Part shown: positions 1 to 9,500 of the stretch, piece after piece
Layout of the letters: each line of letters starts with the position of its first letter
Numbering within the stretch: the stretch's first letter is position 1
NCBI GenBank assembly: GCA_900617105.1
Contig: UYFQ01000001.1
Span: 682,001 to 746,000, forward strand
Direction of reading: 5' to 3'
Origin: Hydrurus foetidus
Lineage: Eukaryota
DNA: 64,000 bases
Translations under genes and position numbers: made by a program
Notes under the pieces: generated by a model
Seen by the model: the letters and a program-made list of their open reading frames with translations, nothing else
The model's database searches: none
Told to the model about the DNA's origin: nothing

Positions 1-828
1 ACGCCGTCCGCCTGCGCGCGAATGGCCTCCAGGCCTTGGTCACCGCTGTCGGCCTCGTCCACCACGAAGCCCATATTGCTCAGATGGTCGACGAGCACGG
101 TGCGGGCATGGGCGTTGTCGTCCACCACCAGCAGCCGAAGCCCGAGCAGATGGGGTTCGGGTAGTAAGCGGCGCGCTACTTGTTGTCCCATCCCCAACCT
201 GGCTGTGAACCAAAAAGTTGCGCCCTGACCCAGCTCGCTTTCCACGCCAACCTCGCCGCCCATGATGTGGGCCAAGCTCTTGGCGATGGCCAACCCAAGG
301 CCCGTGCCGCCAAACTTTCGGCTGGTGGAGTTGTCTGCCTGGTTGAAGCTCTGAAACAGTTTGCCGATTTGTTCTTCGGTCAAGCCCATGCCGGTGTCAG
401 ACACCTCGAACCGCAGCAAAACTTCTGGGGCTGTGCAGGGCAGGCTGAAAACCCTCAGGCTGATTTCGCCCGTTTCGGTGAACTTAACGGCGTTGTTGGC
501 GTAGTTGATCAGAATTTGCCCTAAACGCAGAGGGTCGCCCAGCAGGTGTATAGGCACGTTGGGGCCAATGTCATGAATCAACTCCAGGCCTTTGGCTGCG
601 GCTTTGTCGCTGACCATGTTGGTCACCATGTCGAGCACCTGGGTTAACTCAAAGTCTATGTGTTCGACCTCAAGCTTGCCCGCTTCGATTTTGGAGAAGT
701 CAAGTATGTCGTTGATGATGCCCAGCAAGTGTCGCCCCGACTGGCTGATCTTCTTCACGTAATCGCGCTGTTTCGGGTTCAAATCAGTCTTCAGCGCCAG
801 GCTACTTAAGCCAATGATGGCATTCATG

Positions 829-863
<35 letters not shown>

Positions 864-1901
864 ATCGGTTTTGGCTTGGGTTGCTGCCTCTGCTTGCACC
901 TTGGCCAGGCGCAAATCGTCCATCATTTTTCGCTGCTCGGTGATGTCTTCCACCGTCCAAAGATTGCCTTTTCGCAGATCGTCGACATCCACCGCGCAGC
1001 CGCGCAAGCTGCCCCAAAACCAGCTGCCATCGAGGCGGCGAAGTTGTGCCTCAAAAGCATACACACCGCCCTTGCTGATGTGCGCGCGGATGTCCTGGAT
1101 GCGTGCTTGTCCGGCTTCTGCGTCAAGGTACATCGCCTCAGACGTACGCCCGATCAGGGTGCCACTTGGCGCATGCATCATCGCGTCAAAAGCGTTGTTC
1201 GTGCGCACTATGGCGCTGTCTTTGTAATGAATAATGCCCACCGTTGTGGCATTGAAGATGGCTTGCTGCTCGTCCAGTACCGCCTGAACTTGCAATTCCA
1301 TTGCCTTTCGATCAGTGATGTCTTCGTAGTAGCCAGTGGCCACATACGCCTGGTCGCTTCCGTGGTTAGCGGTTTTGCTGACAGAGCGAAACCACCGCGT
1401 TTTCCCGTCTTTGACGATGCGGGCTTCGATCGAAAATTCCGGCAGAAAATTGGGGTTGGCCTGTCGCTTTTGGAACAGCTCATTCAGCTTTTCCTGGATG
1501 ACTTGCAAATCATCGGCAGGCACATTGCGCCACCGGGTCGCCGGATCACGCAGAATCTCTTCCCGACTCACGCCCAGGACGGCTTCGACTTGCTCGCTCA
1601 AAAATCGGTAGCCCACAATCTTTCCACCATCCGACCTAATTTGGTAAGTGGCCAGTGGCAGAGCACGGTCCATGTCCTCAATCATGTGCGCCGCCTGCGT
1701 GGCCGCCTCCCGGTCAAGCGCAGACTGCTGACGCTGTACCTGCAATTCTTGCGTCAAGGCCTGGTTCGTGCGCAGCAGTCTGGTGCTCGTACAGTGACCG
1801 TGCCAGGCGAGTATTCCCAGTACAAGTAAAAGTCCGGACAGACTGACAATCAACAACACTGCTTCAATCCAATTGGTATTGGGCGGGATCGCCCAACGCA
1901 C
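1..1901 (-). CDS. Hybrid sensor histidine kinase (TM-PAS-PAS-HisKA-HATPase-REC...), 3' end outside the window
   Basis: Not in the ORF track because its stop is outside the window. Manual translation gives [52 protein letters not shown] and LLVVDDN. An in-frame stop lies at 1965; the GTG start at 1901 is tentative. Confidence 0.9.
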
Positions 1902-2079
1902 ATTATGGAAACATTGCGCACCGATATCGACTGAGGCGAACAATGGCCCCCAATGTGCAATGGTCTAAGCCAGCTTGCGCTTTTGTTTCAAAGCAGCGTC
2001 ATGCTCGCCGCCCGCAGTAACGTGCAAGTGCGGATCAGCGGCAGGCCCACCAGTGCGGTGGGGTCATCGTTTTCAATCC

Positions 2080-2290
2080 TCGACGACACCGATGTGGTCC
2101 AGAATCCGCCTGAACTGGACGCCCTCGGAAATGAACGCGATCAGGTACATCTAACCACCGCACAGTGGGCACAGCAGCGGAAAAACCTCGTAGATTCTGG
2201 CGATCAACACCGCCCACAAGTAATGTGCAGGTGGGCGCTTGGGTGGCGCAGGATCGGGAGTGGGTGAGATGGCATGGCCCAGCGGCATCT
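2080..2290 (-). mobile_element. IS91/ISCR-family transposase C-terminal relic
   Basis: The minus strand reads ...PAHYLWAVLIARIYEVFPLLCPLCGG*MYLIAFISEGVQFRRILDHIG, with an internal stop. This resembles the CPxCGG-containing C-terminus of IS91-like transposases. Confidence 0.7.
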
Positions 2291-2324
2291 TCGACTGCAG
2301 TTCACGCACGGCGCGGCGAGTACC

Positions 2325-2419
2325 ACGTTTAACGCCTGTTCTTTGAATTCTGGGGGATACGTTTTCGGTTCATGTTTATCGCTCCAGGGGATCATCCGCC
2401 TTGAAAAAAGGAGGTGACA
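2325..2419 (-). mobile_element. Probable IS3-family left end with truncated orfA
   Basis: The minus strand begins TGTCACC... and then encodes KTYPPEFKEQAL, typical of an IS3 OrfA N-terminus. It abuts the IS91 relic. Confidence 0.5.
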
Positions 2420-2448
2420 ACTAATCTGACGCAGGGGGCTGGCCAGTT

Positions 2449-5400
2449 TTAAGCCGCGTCCTTGACCCACTTGTCAATAGTTGCAAACATGCCAGCGACG
2501 TTCAGAGGCTTGGCAATGTGGTCGCACATGCCTGCCGCCAGTACCTTCTCCTTGTCCCCCGCCATCGCGTTGGCCGTCATCGCGATCACTGGCAACGCTT
2601 TCCACGCCGGGTTCTTTCTGATCTCCCGCGTGGCGGCGTAGCCGTCCATCACGGGCATCTGACAGTCCATCAGCACGCAGTCGAATTTGTCGTCTTTGGC
2701 GAGTATGTCCAGTGCCTCTTGGCCGTTGTTGGCCAGGATGACTTGCATTTGGGCCTGCCCCAGCAGTTCTACGGCAAGTTCTTGGTTCATTTCGTTGTCT
2801 TCGACGAGCAAGATTCTTACCCCGTGGAGTCGGGCCATGACTTCTGCGTTGGTGTCTGCCCTGTCTTTGGCCCTGCTTTCCAGGGCGACGCCTTTGTCCA
2901 GCGCTTCTCCGATGGATTCGATCAGGGTGCTGGCGGTCATGGGTTTGGTCAGCACTGTCTTGAATTTGACGTCGCGCTGGCGTGCTTGCTCCATGGCTTC
3001 GTCTCGTCCGTAGGCTGTGACCATGATGACGGCGGGGTAGCGGGTGGGGGGCTTGTTCTGGAGCTTGTGCAGGGTTTCCAGACCGTCCATGACGGGCATT
3101 TTCCAGTCTATGAGGATGAGGTCGTAGGCAGCGCCTTGTTCGTCTGCTTGTTCTATTTGCTGCAGGGCTTGGTTGCCGTCCGCTGCGGTGTCGACATCCA
3201 GCCCGAAGGTGTGAACCATGGTGCTGAGGATTTCGCGTGCCGAGGCGTTGTCGTCTACGACCAGGGCTTTGAGGCCTTTGAGTTCGTCGGCGCGGAACAT
3301 GCGCCTGACTTGCGGATTGGCTTGTACGCCAAAGTGGGCATGGAAGTGGAAGGTGGAGCCGACGCCGGCTTGGCTTTCGACCCAGATGCGTCCTTGCATC
3401 ATTTCAACGAGGTTTTTGGAGATGGCCAGGCCCAGTCCGGTGCCGCCGTATTTGCGCGTGGTGGAGGTGTCGGCTTGGCTGAAGGATTTGAACATCTTGG
3501 CGCATTGCTCTGCGGTCATGCCTATGCCGGAGTCTTTGACCCAGAAGTGGAGTTGGACACCGCTTTCGTCTTCCTTGACTTTCTCGATGCCGACAACGAT
3601 TTCTCCTTTGTCGGTAAATTTGACGGCGTTATTGCCCAGGTTGACAAGGATTTGCCCGAGTCGCAGGGGGTCGCCTTGCAATGAGGTGGGGACGTCGGCG
3701 CCTGCGTCAAAGAGCAGTTCGAGTCCTTTGTCTTCTGCTTTACCGCCGACCAGGTCGGCCAGGTGGTCCATGACATCTTCGAGTCTGAAGTCAACTTGTT
3801 CCATGGTCAGCTTGCCTGCCTCGATCTTGGAGAAGTCCAGGATGTCGTTGATGATGCCCAGCAGGTTTTCTGCCGAACGGTTGACTTTTTCTATGTAGTT
3901 GCGCTGCTTTTTGTCCAGCCCTGTTTGCAGGGCCAGGTGTGACATCCCGATGATCGCGTTCATCGGCGTCCTGATCTCGTGGCTCATGTTCGCCAGAAAA
4001 TCACTCTTCGCCTTCGTCGCATCTTCGGCAACCTCTTTGGCTCTGAACACCTCCGCTTCTGCCGACTTGCGCTCAGTGATGTCATAGGTCCAGGTGACGA
4101 TATGCTTGGAGCCATAGACCTCCTGAAAGCTGGAAGTCAGCAGAACGGTCAGAGGCGAACCATCGGCCCGTGCAAACACAGCCTCATAGTCTCTGACAAA
4201 ACCACCACGCCCCAGCGCTGCCACAAACGGTTCGCGGTCAGCCGCATTCAGCCAGAGCGTGCGGGTATTCCTCTGGGCCAACTCGTTAACCGAACAACCA
4301 ATCAATTCAGCCATTCGGCGATTCATAAATACAGAGTGACCATCAAGGGTATGGATAGAGCAGCCGACCGGACTGTTCTCCAGAATCAACCGCATCCGGA
4401 TCTCGCTCTCGAGCATTTTCTGCTCCAGTCGCTTTCGTTCTGTAATGTCGTACAGCCAGTTCAGTTTTAAGCGGCGCTCACCTTGTTGAATCCAGTGGGT
4501 GCTGATCAAGGCCCAAATCTCGCGCCCATCCAAACGACGAAGACGCCCTTCGAAGTTGTCAACCCGACCGTTTGCTGCAAATAGTTTCTGAAGTTGATCT
4601 CGCTCTTCGCTGCTGACCCAAAAGCTCGCATTCGACCTTGACTTCATCTCTTTGACCGTCGCCCCCAGCATTTCTGCCAGCCGACTCGTACCCAACACCT
4701 GTTCACCGGACTCTGTGGTCAACACCACGGCGCAGGGGCTATGCTCAAGAATTTGACGCAAATTCGCCTCGTTTTCAGCAATTTGCATTTGCTTGCTTGC
4801 GAGCTCATCGGCTTGCTTGCGCGTTGCTGCCAAAAGTACCTGCGTTCGTTGGTTTCTCCCTAATATTTCAATGCATAAGGCAAGCATGGGAAACAGGGCG
4901 TCGAGAAACGACTGATCCTCAGCGCTGAGTGGCTTGAGAGTAGCCAATTCAACAACACCAAGAAAAACACCATTATTGATGATCGGCTGCACCAAAATCG
5001 TTGCTGGGGCTCGAGTGGCGAGCACTGATGCCACCCGGATGTAATCTTGCGGTGGGTTGTCCAAGCGGATAGCCCGAGCTTCTATGGCACACTGGCCAAC
5101 CAAGCCCGCACCAAAGGCGATTTCCGGTTCAAACGAGTCACTGCCTTCGAAACCATAACCACTGCAAAAGACAATGCATTGCTTTTCGTGCTCGGCCAGA
5201 TACATGCTGCCCTGCCCAAGGGACATTTGATCCGCCAACCCAGACAGTAAGGCACTTCCGAGTTCTGAAAAATTCTGGGCTTTTTGCAAACGCGTTGACA
5301 ACACCGCCAATGCTTGTGACTGAACGCCCTGGGCAGTTAACACCCGATTCCCGACAGCTAACTGGCGAAACAGGGCACTGACTGGCTGCGCTACCCCACG

Positions 5401-6528
5401 GTAAAGCCGTACAACAGTAACAGCACCAATCGCCGTCAACAGCAGCAAGGACATGAACATTCCAAGCATGTACTGGCGGGTCCACGGTGCAAAGTCACGC
5501 TCTGGAGCCATCAGTGCGAGCCGGAAATTTAGATTTCTCCAGGGTACGTCGCTCAGTTTGACTCGCCAGAGTTCTTCATTATGAAAAACCATCGAACCAA
5601 GCGGTGATTCAGCGTCTGCGTCTGGACCGTTCAATGCCGACGCAAGGACGGTAAGCCCAATGGCACCAGGCTCTTGCAACACAGATTTCTTGAGAGCATC
5701 CTCATTTTCAAATCCTGCCAGTCTTGGCAATCCGAGTACTTTTCCTTCCGGTGTCAATAGCGCCACTTGCCCGTTGGTAGCGTAGCCGAGTTCAAGTGTG
5801 ACACGCGAAAGATCGGCCAAAAGAACGTCAAAAGCTATGACCCACTGCTTTCCTGACTTCGGATCTGTCCAGCGCAGCGCGGCTGTAATGCCGGGCTCTT
5901 GCGTCGTCAAAAACATGTAGGGGGAGGTCCAATGAATTTGTCCATCGGCCGAATCTAAGGCCCCAGTAAACCATGGGCGTTTGCGCGGGTCGTAGTCTTG
6001 CGCCTTAGATTCCGATTCGACTCGCGTGTGCGCATCTTTCCATGTGATCCATTGCTGTTCTTTGCCTCGCTTGGAGACGTCGGTTATGCGGTTCTTCCAA
6101 CCGCCGGGCACCTTCAGCAAAAGCGTTTCCCGGCCATCATCTACGGCAATATGGATGCTGCTGACAAAGCCGCGCTGCGCGATCACCGGAATCAGCAAGC
6201 GGTTCAGACTGTCTGGATTGTCAAGGTTAACGACACCATCTTTGGTCCAGTCACGAACAGTCAATACGGCACGTTCCACTGAACCGATCAGATTGTCAGT
6301 TTTGGCGATCACTTTCTCGCGTGCTTCTCTCTGCGAAACCTCCGCCTTTTCAATGGCCAGCGGTTTAGCGCGAAGCTGATAAAAAATGACCGCCATGCTG
6401 ACGATAAGCAGCCAGGTCGCGGCGGGTACAAGCCAGCTCATGCGAAGCAACAAGCGCCGAACATGACGGTTCTTACCGATCAAGTCTGACGACAGAACGT
6501 CTGATCTCTGAATGGCTGAGTTGGTCAT
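2449..6528 (-). CDS. Hybrid histidine kinase (TM-Cache-like-TM-GAF-PAS-PAS-HisKA-HATPase-REC-REC)
   Basis: 1359-aa ORF with H-box [16 protein letters not shown] boxes and two receiver domains (LIDWKMP, LMDCQMP); no Hpt domain. Confidence 0.95.
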   Translation of the reverse strand: MTNSAIQRSDVLSSDLIGKNRHVRRLLLRMSWLVPAATWLLIVSMAVIFYQLRAKPLAIEKAEVSQREAREKVIAKTDNLIGSVERAVLTVRDWTKDGVVNLDNPDSLNRLLIPVIAQRGFVSSIHIAVDDGRETLLLKVPGGWKNRITDVSKRGKEQQWITWKDAHTRVESESKAQDYDPRKRPWFTGALDSADGQIHWTSPYMFLTTQEPGITAALRWTDPKSGKQWVIAFDVLLADLSRVTLELGYATNGQVALLTPEGKVLGLPRLAGFENEDALKKSVLQEPGAIGLTVLASALNGPDADAESPLGSMVFHNEELWRVKLSDVPWRNLNFRLALMAPERDFAPWTRQYMLGMFMSLLLLTAIGAVTVVRLYRGVAQPVSALFRQLAVGNRVLTAQGVQSQALAVLSTRLQKAQNFSELGSALLSGLADQMSLGQGSMYLAEHEKQCIVFCSGYGFEGSDSFEPEIAFGAGLVGQCAIEARAIRLDNPPQDYIRVASVLATRAPATILVQPIINNGVFLGVVELATLKPLSAEDQSFLDALFPMLALCIEILGRNQRTQVLLAATRKQADELASKQMQIAENEANLRQILEHSPCAVVLTTESGEQVLGTSRLAEMLGATVKEMKSRSNASFWVSSEERDQLQKLFAANGRVDNFEGRLRRLDGREIWALISTHWIQQGERRLKLNWLYDITERKRLEQKMLESEIRMRLILENSPVGCSIHTLDGHSVFMNRRMAELIGCSVNELAQRNTRTLWLNAADREPFVAALGRGGFVRDYEAVFARADGSPLTVLLTSSFQEVYGSKHIVTWTYDITERKSAEAEVFRAKEVAEDATKAKSDFLANMSHEIRTPMNAIIGMSHLALQTGLDKKQRNYIEKVNRSAENLLGIINDILDFSKIEAGKLTMEQVDFRLEDVMDHLADLVGGKAEDKGLELLFDAGADVPTSLQGDPLRLGQILVNLGNNAVKFTDKGEIVVGIEKVKEDESGVQLHFWVKDSGIGMTAEQCAKMFKSFSQADTSTTRKYGGTGLGLAISKNLVEMMQGRIWVESQAGVGSTFHFHAHFGVQANPQVRRMFRADELKGLKALVVDDNASAREILSTMVHTFGLDVDTAADGNQALQQIEQADEQGAAYDLILIDWKMPVMDGLETLHKLQNKPPTRYPAVIMVTAYGRDEAMEQARQRDVKFKTVLTKPMTASTLIESIGEALDKGVALESRAKDRADTNAEVMARLHGVRILLVEDNEMNQELAVELLGQAQMQVILANNGQEALDILAKDDKFDCVLMDCQMPVMDGYAATREIRKNPAWKALPVIAMTANAMAGDKEKVLAAGMCDHIAKPLNVAGMFATIDKWVKDAA
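2464..4033. repeat. 1,570-bp direct repeat, copy 1 (kinase transmitter/receiver cassette)
   Basis: Matches 7247-8816 at an offset of 4783. Shadow ORFs in other frames (388, 226, 108 and 90 aa) are also identical between the two copies. Confidence 0.95.
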
Positions 6529-6565
6529 ACAGTTAAGTGGTCATGCTGGGGCTAGCGGCTTAAGG

Positions 6566-9500
6566 TCAAAACTTTAATGACTGCAGCGCCTCTAGCGCCG
6601 AGTCAAAGTCGAATTCCGCGATTGACTTCGCCACGGTTTTCAAGCCCCCCGCAACAGGGGTGTCCGCCGCTAGCTTGAAAAGTTCTTCCACGACATCGCC
6701 TGCCTGGATATCGCTTTCGCAGAGCAGGTTTTTCAGGCGGTCCACAAGCTCATTGAATTGCGCGCTATTGATGGTATTTGTCTGTGCCGACGTGTGTACT
6801 GTGGGCGGTTTCATACCTGTCAACTGCTTTAGCCCAACAATGACGGGCGACAGCTCGTCGAGCACATTCGCAAGGCACAGATCCAGCACTTCCTGCGAGC
6901 CCCCTGAATTGCACGCTTGCTCGAGTTCATTGGCCGCCGCCTGAACGCCTTTGGCTCCGATGTTGCCTGCAGTCCCCTTTAATGTGTGTGCTGCACGGGC
7001 AGGTGCAGACGCGTCGCTGTCGACAAGAGCAGCCCTGAACTGCGCTTCGAAATTACCTTGACTCTCGCAAAACATACCCAGCAAGCGGCGGTACAGTTTT
7101 TCGTTTTTCATCGTTGTAGCGAGACCTGCCTTGGTGTCGATACCGGGCAAGGAAAACAAGTCGTCTGTGTCGATTGGCGCTGTGCCTGCAGTCGTCGCCA
7201 CAACAGCGCCAATCACAGCGGCGGCTGGTGCGGGAGTGGGCATTGAGACCCACTTGTCAATAGTTGCAAACATGCCAGCGACGTTCAGAGGCTTGGCAAT
7301 GTGGTCGCACATGCCTGCCGCCAGTACCTTCTCCTTGTCCCCCGCCATCGCGTTGGCCGTCATCGCGATCACTGGCAACGCTTTCCACGCCGGGTTCTTT
7401 CTGATCTCCCGCGTGGCGGCGTAGCCGTCCATCACGGGCATCTGACAGTCCATCAGCACGCAGTCGAATTTGTCGTCTTTGGCGAGTATGTCCAGTGCCT
7501 CTTGGCCGTTGTTGGCCAGGATGACTTGCATTTGGGCCTGCCCCAGCAGTTCTACGGCAAGTTCTTGGTTCATTTCGTTGTCTTCGACGAGCAAGATTCT
7601 TACCCCGTGGAGTCGGGCCATGACTTCTGCGTTGGTGTCTGCCCTGTCTTTGGCCCTGCTTTCCAGGGCGACGCCTTTGTCCAGCGCTTCTCCGATGGAT
7701 TCGATCAGGGTGCTGGCGGTCATGGGTTTGGTCAGCACTGTCTTGAATTTGACGTCGCGCTGGCGTGCTTGCTCCATGGCTTCGTCTCGTCCGTAGGCTG
7801 TGACCATGATGACGGCGGGGTAGCGGGTGGGGGGCTTGTTCTGGAGCTTGTGCAGGGTTTCCAGACCGTCCATGACGGGCATTTTCCAGTCTATGAGGAT
7901 GAGGTCGTAGGCAGCGCCTTGTTCGTCTGCTTGTTCTATTTGCTGCAGGGCTTGGTTGCCGTCCGCTGCGGTGTCGACATCCAGCCCGAAGGTGTGAACC
8001 ATGGTGCTGAGGATTTCGCGTGCCGAGGCGTTGTCGTCTACGACCAGGGCTTTGAGGCCTTTGAGTTCGTCGGCGCGGAACATGCGCCTGACTTGCGGAT
8101 TGGCTTGTACGCCAAAGTGGGCATGGAAGTGGAAGGTGGAGCCGACGCCGGCTTGGCTTTCGACCCAGATGCGTCCTTGCATCATTTCAACGAGGTTTTT
8201 GGAGATGGCCAGGCCCAGTCCGGTGCCGCCGTATTTGCGCGTGGTGGAGGTGTCGGCTTGGCTGAAGGATTTGAACATCTTGGCGCATTGCTCTGCGGTC
8301 ATGCCTATGCCGGAGTCTTTGACCCAGAAGTGGAGTTGGACACCGCTTTCGTCTTCCTTGACTTTCTCGATGCCGACAACGATTTCTCCTTTGTCGGTAA
8401 ATTTGACGGCGTTATTGCCCAGGTTGACAAGGATTTGCCCGAGTCGCAGGGGGTCGCCTTGCAATGAGGTGGGGACGTCGGCGCCTGCGTCAAAGAGCAG
8501 TTCGAGTCCTTTGTCTTCTGCTTTACCGCCGACCAGGTCGGCCAGGTGGTCCATGACATCTTCGAGTCTGAAGTCAACTTGTTCCATGGTCAGCTTGCCT
8601 GCCTCGATCTTGGAGAAGTCCAGGATGTCGTTGATGATGCCCAGCAGGTTTTCTGCCGAACGGTTGACTTTTTCTATGTAGTTGCGCTGCTTTTTGTCCA
8701 GCCCTGTTTGCAGGGCCAGGTGTGACATCCCGATGATCGCGTTCATCGGCGTCCTGATCTCGTGGCTCATGTTCGCCAGAAAATCACTCTTCGCCTTCGT
8801 CGCATCTTCGGCAACCCCGCGCGCATGCCTGAGAGCAACCTCTGCTTGACGTTGCTCTGTCACGTCTTCGAGCATCCAGACCGTGCCTTTGGAAAGGTCT
8901 TTTGGATCAATGGCTCGGCCAAATATATGGCAGAGGAATTGACTTCCATCTACGCGAACCATGGTGCCTTCGCGGCTGAATTGCTCTCCGGTGGAGAGCT
9001 GCGAGTACACGCCTTCACCGCCTGCTTCGTATGTCGCTTCATCGGCATACCAGATACGTGTCGACTGACCAATCTGTGAACCGGGCGCACGGTCGAAGAG
9101 TTCATCGACCTTCTTGTTCGACCGCACAATGATGCGATTTTTAACCTGCACAACGCCAATGTCAGCCGTGTCAAGAATGGCCTCTAGTTCATCTCGCACC
9201 AATTGCATAGACAACTCAGCCGCCTTGCGAGGCGTGATGTCATCCAGTGAAAACTGAAGCAGCGTTCGCCCACGGTAATTGAACTGGGCCAAGAATACCT
9301 GCGCATCCCATTGTTCCCCGTTTGGCCGCTGGTTGCGCCACTCGAAACTCAGGGGCCCACCGGATAACACCGACATATCTTGCTTGGCCGCTGCTTCAGC
9401 GCTGTTGCTTCCATCGTATTGATACGGCGCAGAAAAATCGGAAGGGTACTTCCCCAATAACTCCTCGCGTGTTGAACAGCCACAGAGTTTGACCGCAGCC

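Noticed and set aside
2518..3684. 388-aa plus-strand ORF, its twin at 7301-8467, and 843-1829
   Set aside because: These are antisense shadows of the histidine kinase genes with no domain motifs.
2464..8816. Diversity-generating retroelement or shufflon as the explanation for the duplicated cassette
   Set aside because: No reverse transcriptase or recombinase is in the window, I saw no adenine-specific mismatches, and the copies are long direct repeats.
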